Shown: positions 47,426 through 56,633 of the stretch, piece by piece | How the letters are laid out: each line of letters opens with the position of its first letter | How positions within the stretch are numbered: position 1 is the first letter of the stretch | Assembly: GCA_963745035.1 (NCBI GenBank) | Contig: CAVUVW010000004.1 | Span: 7,425 to 71,424 of the forward strand | Length of the DNA: 64,000 nucleotides | Direction: 5' to 3' | DNA from: an uncultured delta proteobacterium | GTDB taxonomy: Bacteria > Desulfobacterota > Binatia > UBA9968 | The notes under the pieces: model-generated | Database searches by the model: none | What the model was told of the DNA's origin: nothing | The model's input: only the letters and a program-made list of their open reading frames with translations | Program-made: the position numbers and the translations under genes

Positions 47426-48021
47426 TCCGCTATGATTGCTTGAAGCTGCTGGCCCCGCGGATTACCGACCAACTCGTCGTGACTTCGCTCAGCGGGCAAA
47501 AGATCGAGTGGGCGAGTCTGTCGCAGCACCCGGGCAATCTCCTGGTCGGCACCATGGGAACGGCGCTCGGCGTGGGCATTGGCCTGGCCATCGGTTTGCC
47601 ACGGCGCAAAGTCATCGTCTTGGAATCCGACGGCAGCGTGCTGCTCTCGCTGTTCAATCTGGCGACCTTGGCCAATCTCGATCCGAAGAACTTGATCGCC
47701 TTCGTCTTCGATAACCAGGTATACAGCGGCACGCGCATCAGCGAGCCGACCGCCACAGCGGGTAAAACCGATCTGGCGATGATGGCGCGCGGAGCGGGCA
47801 TCGAGCAAGCAACGACGGTGCGCGATTTGCCGACGTTTGAACAGGTAATGAACGCGGCACTCGATGGAAATCAGCTTAAATTTATCGTTTGCAAGGTCGA
47901 AGAGAGCGTTTCCCACAGGGAAATATTGCGTACGGATTTGGATCCCATCGAAAACAAATATCAGTTTGTCCGCTATCTCGAACGGAGCGAAGGCAAACCG
48001 ATCTTCCGCAGCCGCGGCTGA
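47422..48021 (+). CDS. split thiamine-diphosphate enzyme, PP-domain (beta) subunit, pair 2
   Basis: There is an ATGA overlap with the alpha gene. 199 aa and collinear with 43770-44369 (GTMGTALGVGIGLAIGLP, ESDGSVLLSLFNLATLANLDPKNLIAFVFDNQVYSGT). Confidence 0.85.
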   Translation: MIRYDCLKLLAPRITDQLVVTSLSGQKIEWASLSQHPGNLLVGTMGTALGVGIGLAIGLPRRKVIVLESDGSVLLSLFNLATLANLDPKNLIAFVFDNQVYSGTRISEPTATAGKTDLAMMARGAGIEQATTVRDLPTFEQVMNAALDGNQLKFIVCKVEESVSHREILRTDLDPIENKYQFVRYLERSEGKPIFRSRG

Positions 48022-48055
48022 TCGAGCGAAGAAAGAAAGGAACCGAGGAACTTCA

Positions 48056-48814
48056 ATGAATGAGAACAATCAGGCCGGCGAGTACGTCAACGAGCACTAC
48101 CGAAAGGTCGCCGCGCGATGGCGCGCGCGGGTCACCGATTCGCCCTTCATGCAGCAATTGAGGGCCGGCACCCTCCCGATGGAGAAACTTCGGACATTTT
48201 TCAAGAACTGGGGTTCCTACACGATTGAGATCAACACGGTGGAGGCGGCTTCGTACCACAAACATATTTCGTTCTTTCGCAAGCATCGCGATCTCATGGC
48301 GCGCATGGCCGAAAAGCTCGCCGACGAGTTGATTCACCCCAAGCCGCCTGGGCATGTGCACGTGGTCGTGGAAACCGCCAAGGCTTTGGGCATCACCGAA
48401 GATGAGATTTTCATGGCGCCAATGCTCGCTGAGTTTCGCGCCAAGCTCGATTTCAAGAGATCGCTTTTGTGGGAAGGGACGATGGCGGAGTTCTACGCCG
48501 CGGGCGCGACGGAAGAACAGACAGGCTACTGGTCCGCGGATTTCTACAAGGCGCTGACCACCCATTACGGTCTCTCGCGCGAGCAGGCGGTGTACTTTTC
48601 CACCCACGAAGAAGCCGATCTCAAGGAACACGACGGCGTGATGGGCCACGGGAGTTTCCGCCGCCTGGTTCTCAAGACGCTCTTGGAGGACGGTATGGCA
48701 CAAGCGCGGCCGGGCTACACTTTGGAGTATTGCGGCTTGACCGCGGTCGACTTGCATGGCGTCTGCTTACAAGCCGCTTTCGACGCTGCCTCCAAGGATT
48801 CACGGGGAAAGTAG
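48056..48814 (+). CDS. TenA/PqqC-like (haem-oxygenase-fold, possibly di-iron) protein
   Basis: The ATG at 48056 lies inside the longer track ORF. The protein is all-helical. The motifs PFMQQLRAGTLPMEKLRTFFKNW, AEFYAAGATEEQ and STHEEADLKEHDG resemble the TenA_C/PqqC 'iron-containing redox enzyme' family. The assignment is tentative. Confidence 0.55.
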   Translation: MNENNQAGEYVNEHYRKVAARWRARVTDSPFMQQLRAGTLPMEKLRTFFKNWGSYTIEINTVEAASYHKHISFFRKHRDLMARMAEKLADELIHPKPPGHVHVVVETAKALGITEDEIFMAPMLAEFRAKLDFKRSLLWEGTMAEFYAAGATEEQTGYWSADFYKALTTHYGLSREQAVYFSTHEEADLKEHDGVMGHGSFRRLVLKTLLEDGMAQARPGYTLEYCGLTAVDLHGVCLQAAFDAASKDSRGK

Positions 48815-48818
48815 AGAA

Positions 48819-51083
48819 GTGAAAGCACACGTCAGCCAAGCGCGTTATAAGACGGCGCGAAAAGTCATCGGCACGCCGGTGCAGCGGCTCGAAGGTCCGG
48901 AGAAAGTGTCGGGGCGAGCGACCTATGCCACCGACGTGAGCCTTCCAGGCATGCTCTGGTGCAAAGTCCTGCGCAGCCCGATCTCTTACGGGCGCATCAA
49001 GCGGATCGACGTGAGCCGCGCGCTTGAATTGCCCGGCGTCCATGCGATCGCCACCGGCGAAGACGTGCAGGGGCTGCTGATCGGCAGAAAAATCTACGAC
49101 ATGCCGATCCTCGCCGACGGCGTGGTACGCTTCATCGGCGAGAAAGTCGCCGCGGTGGCGGCGGAGAGCGAAGAGCGATCGCCGAAGAAGCGATCGAGCT
49201 GATCGATGTCGAGTACGAGGAAATGACGCCGCTGCTCGATCCACTCAAGGCGGTCCAGCCTGACGCGCCGCTACTCCATCCCAACGTGCAGGGCTATCGC
49301 GGGCTGCTCCATCCGATCGATGCACCGACCAATGTTTTCGTGCACATGAACTGGAAAAAGGACGACGTCGAAACGGGCTTTCGCGAGTCCGATGTTATCG
49401 TCGAGAACACGTTTACGACCAAACCGGTGCATCAAGCCTATATCGAGCCCCACGCTTGCGTTGTGCAAGCGCAAGAAAATGGCAATGGCGACATCTGGGC
49501 CTGTTCTAAAGTTCCCTTTGCGCTGCGCGAGCAAGTGGCGAACGCCTTCGGCAAAGGCCTGGAAAATTTTATCGTTCATCCGTGCTACATCGGTGGCTGC
49601 TTCGGCGGCAAGGGCGACTTCATGGACGTACCGGTTTGCTATCTGCTCTCGCTCAAGAGCGGCAGGCCGGTAAAAATGGTGATGGATTATTCCGAGGAGT
49701 TCGTCGCCGGCAATCCGCGCCACGCTGCCATCGTGCAGGTCAAAACCGGCGTCAAAAAAGACGGCCGGATTGTCGCCCATCAGATGAACTATGTCTTCGA
49801 CAGCGGCGCCTACGGTGCGTTCAAGCCGCAGGGCTATTTGGTCGGTCCCAAGGAAGCCGCCGGCCCGTACAATATTCCCAACGTCTTCATCGAAGAGAAG
49901 ATCGTCTACACGAACAAAATACCGTGCGGCCACATGCGCGCGCCGGGCGATCCGCAGGGCTTTTTTGCCAACGAGTCGCAGATGGACTTGATCGCGCGCC
50001 GTTTGGGCATGGACCCCGTTGCGTTCAGAAAAAAGAATCTCATGCATGACGGCGACCTCTCGCCCATCGGCCATGCGGTGCCGCATATCAAGAGCGACGA
50101 GATTCTCGATGGCGCAGTCGAAAGCTCCGGTTATCGCCGGCCGAAGCGAAAACATACCGGCCGCGGCATCGGCGATTGCCCAGTGGCTGCCGCTCGGCGG
50201 CGAGTGCCACGCGTTCGTAAAGATCGATGAGCGAGGAGCAGTCACGGTAGCCACCGCGATGCTCGATCAGGGCGCGGGCACGCACACGGCCATGCGCCTG
50301 GTTGCGGCAGAGGAGTTGAAGATTCCGCTCGAGAAAACCGGCATTGCAACGCTCGACACCAGCGACGTCGGGCCGGACACGGGAATCGGCGCCAGCCGCG
50401 GCACGCGAATTTTCGGCAACGCCACCCGCTTGGCGGCGGCGCATGCGCGACGAGCAACTGCTTGCCGCGGCAAGCGAGGTGCTCGGAGTCGGTCAAGAAG
50501 AACTTTCGCTGTCGGGTGACGGCGAGAGTAGCGGCTTTGTCTGGACGGAGTGTGAGTTACGCCGACCTTGCGCGCAGCAATGGCTCGGCCATTCGCGGCG
50601 CTGGCTTCTACAAGAATTTCGAGTCGGGGCCCGAAGCGGCGCTCTGCGTGCAGGTGGCCGAAGTGGATGTCGATCCGGAAACCGGCCAGGTGAAGCTTAG
50701 CCATTTCACCAGCGCGCACAGCACCGGCACCGTGTTGAATCCGCTCATGCATCAAGGCCAGATCGACGGCGGCGTCGTGATGGGTATGGGATACGCGCTG
50801 ATGGAAGGCGTGATGATCGACGGCGGCAGTGTGGTCACGACCAACTTCGGCGAAAACAAGATTCCCGTCGATTTGCGACATTCCACCTTTGAAAACCGTG
50901 ATTCAAGAATTCCCCGTGGGCAACGGTCCCTACGGCGGCATGAGCATCGGCGAGCCGCCGGTCGTTCCTACGGCTGCCGCGATCGCCAACGCCGTGCAAG
51001 ATGCCGTCGGGGCGCGGATTTACGATTTGCCGATCACGGCGGAGAAGGTGCTGCGCGCGCTCGGCAGCGAGAAGACGCGGTAG
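48819..51083 (+). pseudogene. molybdopterin-binding large subunit of a xanthine-dehydrogenase/aldehyde-oxidase-family hydroxylase, at least 5 frame breaks
   Basis: The GTG lies 4 nt after the previous stop. Homologous blocks follow one another through frames 0,2,0,1,2,0 (track ORFs 48756, 49223, 50019, 50344, 50462, 50829). Representative blocks are VIGTPVQRLEGPEKVSGRATYATD, VHQAYIEPHACV, CGHMRAPGDPQG, LDQGAGTHTAM, VAEVDVDPETGQVKL and GEPPVVPTAAAIANAV. Confidence 0.8.
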
Positions 51084-51184
51084 TAATGGAGTATTGGGAG
51101 CTCTCGATATCGATGGACCTAATCGTTGGCTCGGCATCCCCGTTGCGACGGATTATTTTACCTGCTAATTCAATTGGACCAACT

Positions 51185-51693
51185 ATGAAAGACGAACTGG
51201 CGAAACGATTGGTTCAAGGCCTGAAAGACGCCGGCATCGATTTCGTCACCTATTTGCCGGAGACGCGCTTGAGCCAGATCTTGCCGTTGATCCGCGACGA
51301 TCCGGAAATGGAGTTGATCGCGGCAGCGAACGAGCAGGAGGCGGTGACGATCGCCGCGGGCGCGACCCTTGGCGGCAAGCAGGCGGCCGTTTACATGGAA
51401 AACACCGGCATCTACGTATCGAGCTACAGCTTGCTGACCGATCGGCAAGCAACTCGGCGTGCCGATCCTGCTCGTGGTCGGCTATCTGGGCGGCGTGCCC
51501 GACCTGCGCAACAGCTTTCTTTACGCCACCATCGGCAAGCACACGATTCCCACCCTCGACGGGCTGGGCATCGAATACATGCTTCTCAAACGACGGCGAC
51601 AAGCTCGAAATCAAGATCGGCGACGCGATGCGGGCGGCCAATGCGCTGCGCGCGCCCTACGCGCTGCTGTTCGCCGGGGAGTTTTCCGAATGA
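51185..51693 (+). pseudogene. split ThDP enzyme alpha subunit, pair 3, at least 2 frame breaks
   Basis: MKDELAKRLVQGLKDAGIDFVTYLPE..AANEQEAVTIAAGATLGGKQAAVYMENTGI is followed by a switch to VPILLVVGYLGG. A further switch leads to ..LRAPYALLFAGEFSE*. Confidence 0.75.
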
Positions 51694-52299
51694 TCCGCTC
51701 ACGAATGTCTTCGAATGGCTCGCCGGGCAAGATGAGCAGATCAATTGGTCGTCACTTCGCAGAGCGGCCAGCGCATCGAATGGTCGCACTTGTCGAAGCA
51801 CGAAGGCAATTTGCTGGTCGGCATGATGGGCTGCGCCATCGGCGTGGCGACCGGATTGGCTTTGGCTTTGCCGCACCGCAAGGTGATCGCGCTCGACTCC
51901 GACGGCAGCGTGCTGCTGTCGCTGTTCAATCTCGCCGACCTTGGGCAATTTGCGTCCGAAAAATCTGGTCGTTTACGTCTTCGACAACGGCGTTTACAGC
52001 GGCAGCCGCATCAGTTATCCGACGGCGACCGCCGGCAACACGGATCTGGCCGCGATGGCGCGCGGCGCGGGCATCGCCAATGCGCACACGATCGACGACG
52101 TCGAAGATTTCAAGAACAAAGGCGATGCGCGGCGCTGGCGCGCGACGAGCTGGCTTTCTTTGTCTGCAAAGTCGAAGAGAGCTTGCTGCACCGGGAGATT
52201 CCCCGGCCCAACACCGATCTCGCCGAAAACAAATATACTTTTGTGCGGTATCTGGAGCGCACGGAAGAAAAAACGATGCCGTTCGTCGGGCGCGGCTAA
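51690..52299 (+). pseudogene. split ThDP enzyme beta subunit, pair 3, at least 3 frame breaks
   Basis: It has the same GAATGATCCGCT alpha/beta junction as pair 2. The blocks NVFEWLAGQ, VVTSQSGQRIEWSHLSKHEGNLLVGMMGCAIGVATGLALALP..DSDGSVLLSLFNLADLG, NLVVYVFDNGVYSGSRISYPTATAG and FFVCKVEESLLHREI..YTFVRYLERTE lie in different frames. Confidence 0.75.
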
Positions 52300-52322
52300 C
52301 GTAAGATCTCAGGAGAAACAAA

Positions 52323-53364
52323 GTGGGATATGTGAAGAACTAGTTTTGATCGCGTGCGGTCCTTGCGCTCGGCGTTGCGGCTGCGCAGCCTACGGCTCAG
52401 GCGCAGGATTTCTACAAAGACAAAACGCTTGACGATCATCGTCGGCTATTCGCCCGGCGGTTCCTTCGATCTCTACGCGCGCGTGATCGCGCGTTACATC
52501 GGCCGCTATCTGCCGGGCAATCCGACGCGCATCGTGGAAAACATGACGGGCGCGGGCGGGCTGATCGCCGCCAACCATCTGTACAACCGCGGTCAAGCCG
52601 GACGGCTTGACGATCGGCGCATGGGCGTCGCCGTTGGTGTTGCAGCACATCATGGGCAATGAGGCGGCGCAGTTCGACGGTCGCAAGTTCGGCTATCTCG
52701 GCATCCCCAGCCCGTACGACACGGTCTGCACGTTCAATCAGCAAAGCGGCATTACCAAGATGGACGATTGGATCAACGCCAAGCGGCCGCAGAAAATTTC
52801 CGCCATCGGTCCGGGCACGAGCACGTCGGATATTCCCAAGCTGCTCAAAGCGGCGCTGAATCTGCCGATGGACGTGATCGACGGCTACAAAGGCGGCGCG
52901 GACGCGCGCCTGGCGGTCGAGTCGGGCGAAGTCGACGGCTACTGCGGCTCGTGGGGCACGGTGGAAACGGTGTGGCGCGGCGCCTTCGAAAGCGAAGAAA
53001 GTTCATCCGGTGTTGCAGGCGTCGCTGAAATCGCATCCCAAATACAAGCAATATCCGCTCGCGATCAGCTACGCCAAGACCGAAGAAGCCCGCGAGTTGC
53101 TCACGGTCGCCGACAACGCCCACGGCGCGCAATTTCCTTTCACCGTGCCGCCGGGCATGGCCAAGGAGCGGCTGGAGATGTTGCAGCAGGCTTTCATCAA
53201 GACCCTTAAGGATCCCGATCTCATCGCCGAAGCAAAGCAAGTCGCAGCTGGACATCGACCCGGTCGACGGTCCGACGGTGACGAAGACTCTGGCGGGTCT
53301 CTACGACTTCAAGCCGGCGACCGTGGCACGGCTGAAGGAAATTCTCCTGGCGAAAAAGAGATAA
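52323..53364 (+). pseudogene. Bug/TctC-family (tripartite tricarboxylate transporter) substrate-binding protein, at least 4 frame breaks
   Basis: RBS AGGAGA. The signal-like LVLIAC / VLALGVAAAQPTAQAQ is followed by TIIVGYSPGGSFDLYARVIARYIGRYLPGNPTRIVENMTGAGGLIAANHLY, PDGLTIGAWASP.. and ..DPDLIAEAK. These blocks and the C-terminal end lie in successive frames. Confidence 0.75.
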
Positions 53365-53523
53365 ACGCGTAGCTCCGATCCCGAGTCCGGCATTGAGCCA
53401 GCCAAGCACGGCCATGCCGAATCGCGCATTCTAACTTGACACTCCCGGCGGTTTCCCGATAGACACTCACACAGAAGATTTTGCTCCCGATCGACACTCT
53501 TCGACGAAGGGAGGCCGGCGAAC

Positions 53524-54485
53524 ATGGCGGAAATCGTAATCGGCATCGGCACATCCCACAGCCCGCAGTTGAGCATCCGCGCAAAGGACTGGGAATACCT
53601 TCTCAAAAAGGACGAGACCGATCCGCGGCTCGACTATCCAGGCCTTGCTGCAAAAAGGCCAAACCGGGCCTCGATAAACGAGCTGACGCCGGAGAAATTT
53701 CGCGAGCGCGATCAGGCTTGCCAGACGGCGATCCGAACCTTGGGCGAGGCGCTGCAAGCGGCGCGCGCCGATCTGGTGGTGATTTTCGGCGACGATCAGC
53801 AGGAGCAGTTTCACGACGACAACATGCCGACGTTCGCGATCTATCACGGCAAGTCGGTGCCGGTCGTAAAGGACAACAAGCATCAATCCGTCGGGGTGGA
53901 AAGACGCGGAGCGGCGCGGTTGGGCCGAAACCGCGGCGGAGTACGACACCGCGCAGGAGCTAGCCAATCATCTGATTCGCTCGCTCGTCGATGCCGAGTT
54001 CGACATCGCGCGCTGCAACAAGCTGCGCGAAGAAATCGGCGTCGGCCATGCCTTCAGCTTTCTCTACCGGCGCATCTTGCCGGGCGGCAAGCTGCCCATG
54101 GTGCCGGTGATGGTCAACACTTATTATCCCCCCAATCAGCCGACGCCGAAGCGCTGCTACGCTTTCGGCCAGGCGGTGCGCAACGCGATCGAATCGTGGG
54201 ACAGCGACAAGCGAGTGGCGCTCATGGCTTCGGGCGGGCTGAGCCACGTGGTGATCGATGAAGAAATCGACGCCATGGTCATCGACGGCTGAAGAACAAG
54301 AAGCCGGAAGTCGTTGTTTCAGTTTGCCGCGGGAAAAACTGCGCGGCGGCACATCGGAAATCCTCAACTGGGTGGCGTTGGCCGGTGCCATGGAAAAGCG
54401 CGAACTCAAGTATTTCGAATACGTCACGACCTACCGTTCTCCGGCGGCGACCGGGTGCGGGATGGGGTTTGCGTACTGGACGTAG
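53524..54485 (+). pseudogene. class III (LigB-type) extradiol ring-cleavage dioxygenase, 3 frame breaks
   Basis: MAEIVIGIGTSHSPQL..VVIFGDDQQEQF is followed by a switch near 53890 to ..IGVGHAFSFLY..VNTYYPPNQP..ALMASGGLSHVVIDEEID. Two further switches at 54290-54330 lead to LPREKLRGGTSEILNWVALAGA. Confidence 0.75.
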
Positions 54486-54523
54486 AGTCGGCGGCAGTTT
54501 CGCCGCGCGTGACAGGATTTTTC

Positions 54524-55188
54524 ATGGCAAGAGAAGCGATCATCGAACGGCTGGCGAAGCTCGATACCTGCGCAGTTTCGGATGCACTGGATAGCTTGGA
54601 TCTGAAAGGCGCGACTTGGGGCGTGCGGCCACAGTGGCAGTGCCCGCGGATCGTCGGCCGGGCGGTGACGATGAAGATCAAGCCGGCGGGATTCGCAGCA
54701 ACCAAAGCAACATCTCGGCACCGCGCCCATCGAAGCGGCGCAGTCCGGCGATATCATCGTCATCGACAACGGCGGCAAGCTGGAGTTTTCCTGCTGGGGC
54801 GGTTTGCTGGCGCTCTCGGCGAAGTTGAAAGGCTTGAGCGGTGTGGTGATCGACGGCGCGTCGCGCGACATCGACGAAGCGCGCGAGCTGGAATTTCCCG
54901 TTTTTGCGCGCGGCGCAGTGCCGATGACCGCGCGTGGGCGGATTGTCCAAGAATCCTTCAATCAGGAAATTCAATTTGCCGGCGTGCAATGCCGATCCCG
55001 GAGATCTGGTGATCGCGGACGGCAGCGGCGTGGTGATTATTCCCAAAGAGAAAGAAGCCGAGGTGGTGACCGCGGCGGAGACGATTTACGCCAAAGAACA
55101 GGAAATGGCCGCGGGCATCCGCAAAGGCTTTTCCGGCCTAGAGATGCTCGAAAAGCTCGGCTATGAGCAGATGCTGAACAAAAAATAG
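54524..55188 (+). pseudogene. RraA-fold protein / 4-hydroxy-4-methyl-2-oxoglutarate-type aldolase, 2 frame breaks
   Basis: LAKLDTCAVSDALDSLDLKG is followed by a switch to GDIIVIDNGGKLEFSCWGGLLALSAKLKGLSGVVIDGASRDIDEARELEFPVFARG. A second switch leads to PGDLVIADGSGVVIIPKEK. Confidence 0.75.
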
Positions 55189-55224
55189 CAAAGGCAAGTA
55201 ATTTAGATTGCCATAAAAGAAACG

Positions 55225-56508
55225 ATGCTGACACGTGAAGAAAATCTGCTTCTGACCGAAGTGAGCCCCGGCACGGCGTGCGGCGAGCTCTTGCGGAGAT
55301 ACTGGCATCCGGTTGCCGCCGCCGCGGAATTGACCGACGAGAAGCCGATCAAAGCCGTGAAGATTCTCAATGAGGAGCTGGTCGTCTATCGAAATCGCAG
55401 AGGCGAGTACGGCCTGGTAGGCGAGCATTGCCCGCACCGTTTGGCTTCGTTGGCGTACGGGCGGGTCGATGACGAAGGGATTCGCTGTCCGTATCACGGC
55501 TGGAAGTTCGACCGCAGCGGGCGCTGTCTCGAACAGCCGGCGGAGCCTGCTGAAAGCACGTTCAAAGACCGCATCCGCCACGTCGCCTATCCGGTGCAGT
55601 ATTTAGGCGGGCTGATCTATGCCTATCTAGGTCCCGCGCCCGCGCCGCTCTTGCCGCGCTGGGACGTGTTGGTTTGGGAGCACGGGCGGCGCTGGATCGT
55701 CAAAGAATCGATCATCGACTGTAACTGGCTGCAGCCGATGGAAAATTCCGTGGACCCGTCGCATCTTTATTGGCTCCACGGCGATACCGAGCGCTTTGTG
55801 CCGTCGGTAAAAACCTACGCCGAGAGTTACGAGTTTATTCGTTTCGAATACGGCATCAGAAAACGTCGAACGACCTTGCCGCTGGCAACCGGAGGGAATC
55901 CGGCCGTGGACGATCATCCGTTGCTCTTCCCGACAGTGTTGCGGCACGTGGCGCCGTTTAACGAGGGCAGCGGGCACCGCCATAATTTACAGATTCGCGT
56001 GCCGGTGGACGATCATCACACCCAGGTGTTTCGGGTGAATTTTTTGCCGATGGATTCGGAGCGGACGCCTGCAGATGCGCCGGTGCCGCTGCGCTTCGTG
56101 CAACTCAAAACCGGTCCGCGCGAGTACAAGATGAACATGATTCCCGCGCAGGACTCGATGGCATGGGAAACTCAGGGAACCCGCACCGACCGCACCCAGG
56201 AGCATCTGGGCGTGGGCGACGAAGGCATCATCGAACTCAGAAAACTTTTGCGCGAGCAGATCGAGCGCGTGCAACGGGGCCAGGAGCCGATGGGATTGAT
56301 ACGCGATCCGCAGGAAAATCAACTGATTGACCTCCACGTGATCAACGAGCGCATCGGCCTGTTCGCTCCCGAGTTCTGGGATTCAGAACCGCAGTCGGGC
56401 TGTGGGCATTTAACTTCTCCGCTCTTTCCTGCACCTTTTACATCCCGTAATTGCTCGCGTTCGCACGCGACCAAATCATTCTCTTGCATGCTGACCGTTA
56501 AGACATAA
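55225..56508 (+). CDS. Rieske non-haem-iron oxygenase, alpha-only type (A3)
   Basis: The motifs are GELLRRYWHPV, CPHRLASLAYGRVDDEGIRCPYHGW and ENSVDPSHLYWLH. The C-terminal ~40 aa (..SGCGHLTSPLFPAPFTSRNCSRSH..) look non-native and may reflect a late frame problem. Confidence 0.85.
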   Translation: MLTREENLLLTEVSPGTACGELLRRYWHPVAAAAELTDEKPIKAVKILNEELVVYRNRRGEYGLVGEHCPHRLASLAYGRVDDEGIRCPYHGWKFDRSGRCLEQPAEPAESTFKDRIRHVAYPVQYLGGLIYAYLGPAPAPLLPRWDVLVWEHGRRWIVKESIIDCNWLQPMENSVDPSHLYWLHGDTERFVPSVKTYAESYEFIRFEYGIRKRRTTLPLATGGNPAVDDHPLLFPTVLRHVAPFNEGSGHRHNLQIRVPVDDHHTQVFRVNFLPMDSERTPADAPVPLRFVQLKTGPREYKMNMIPAQDSMAWETQGTRTDRTQEHLGVGDEGIIELRKLLREQIERVQRGQEPMGLIRDPQENQLIDLHVINERIGLFAPEFWDSEPQSGCGHLTSPLFPAPFTSRNCSRSHATKSFSCMLTVKT

Positions 56509-56633
56509 AAAGTTCATGTCTTATCTAAATACCTGATTTATTTGATGTTTTTTGCCGAAAAGCCCTTGCGCTGCGCAAGCCTCTTCGACTAATATCTGGC
56601 AGGCTTGAATGAAGACGTCACGAGGGTGAACGC

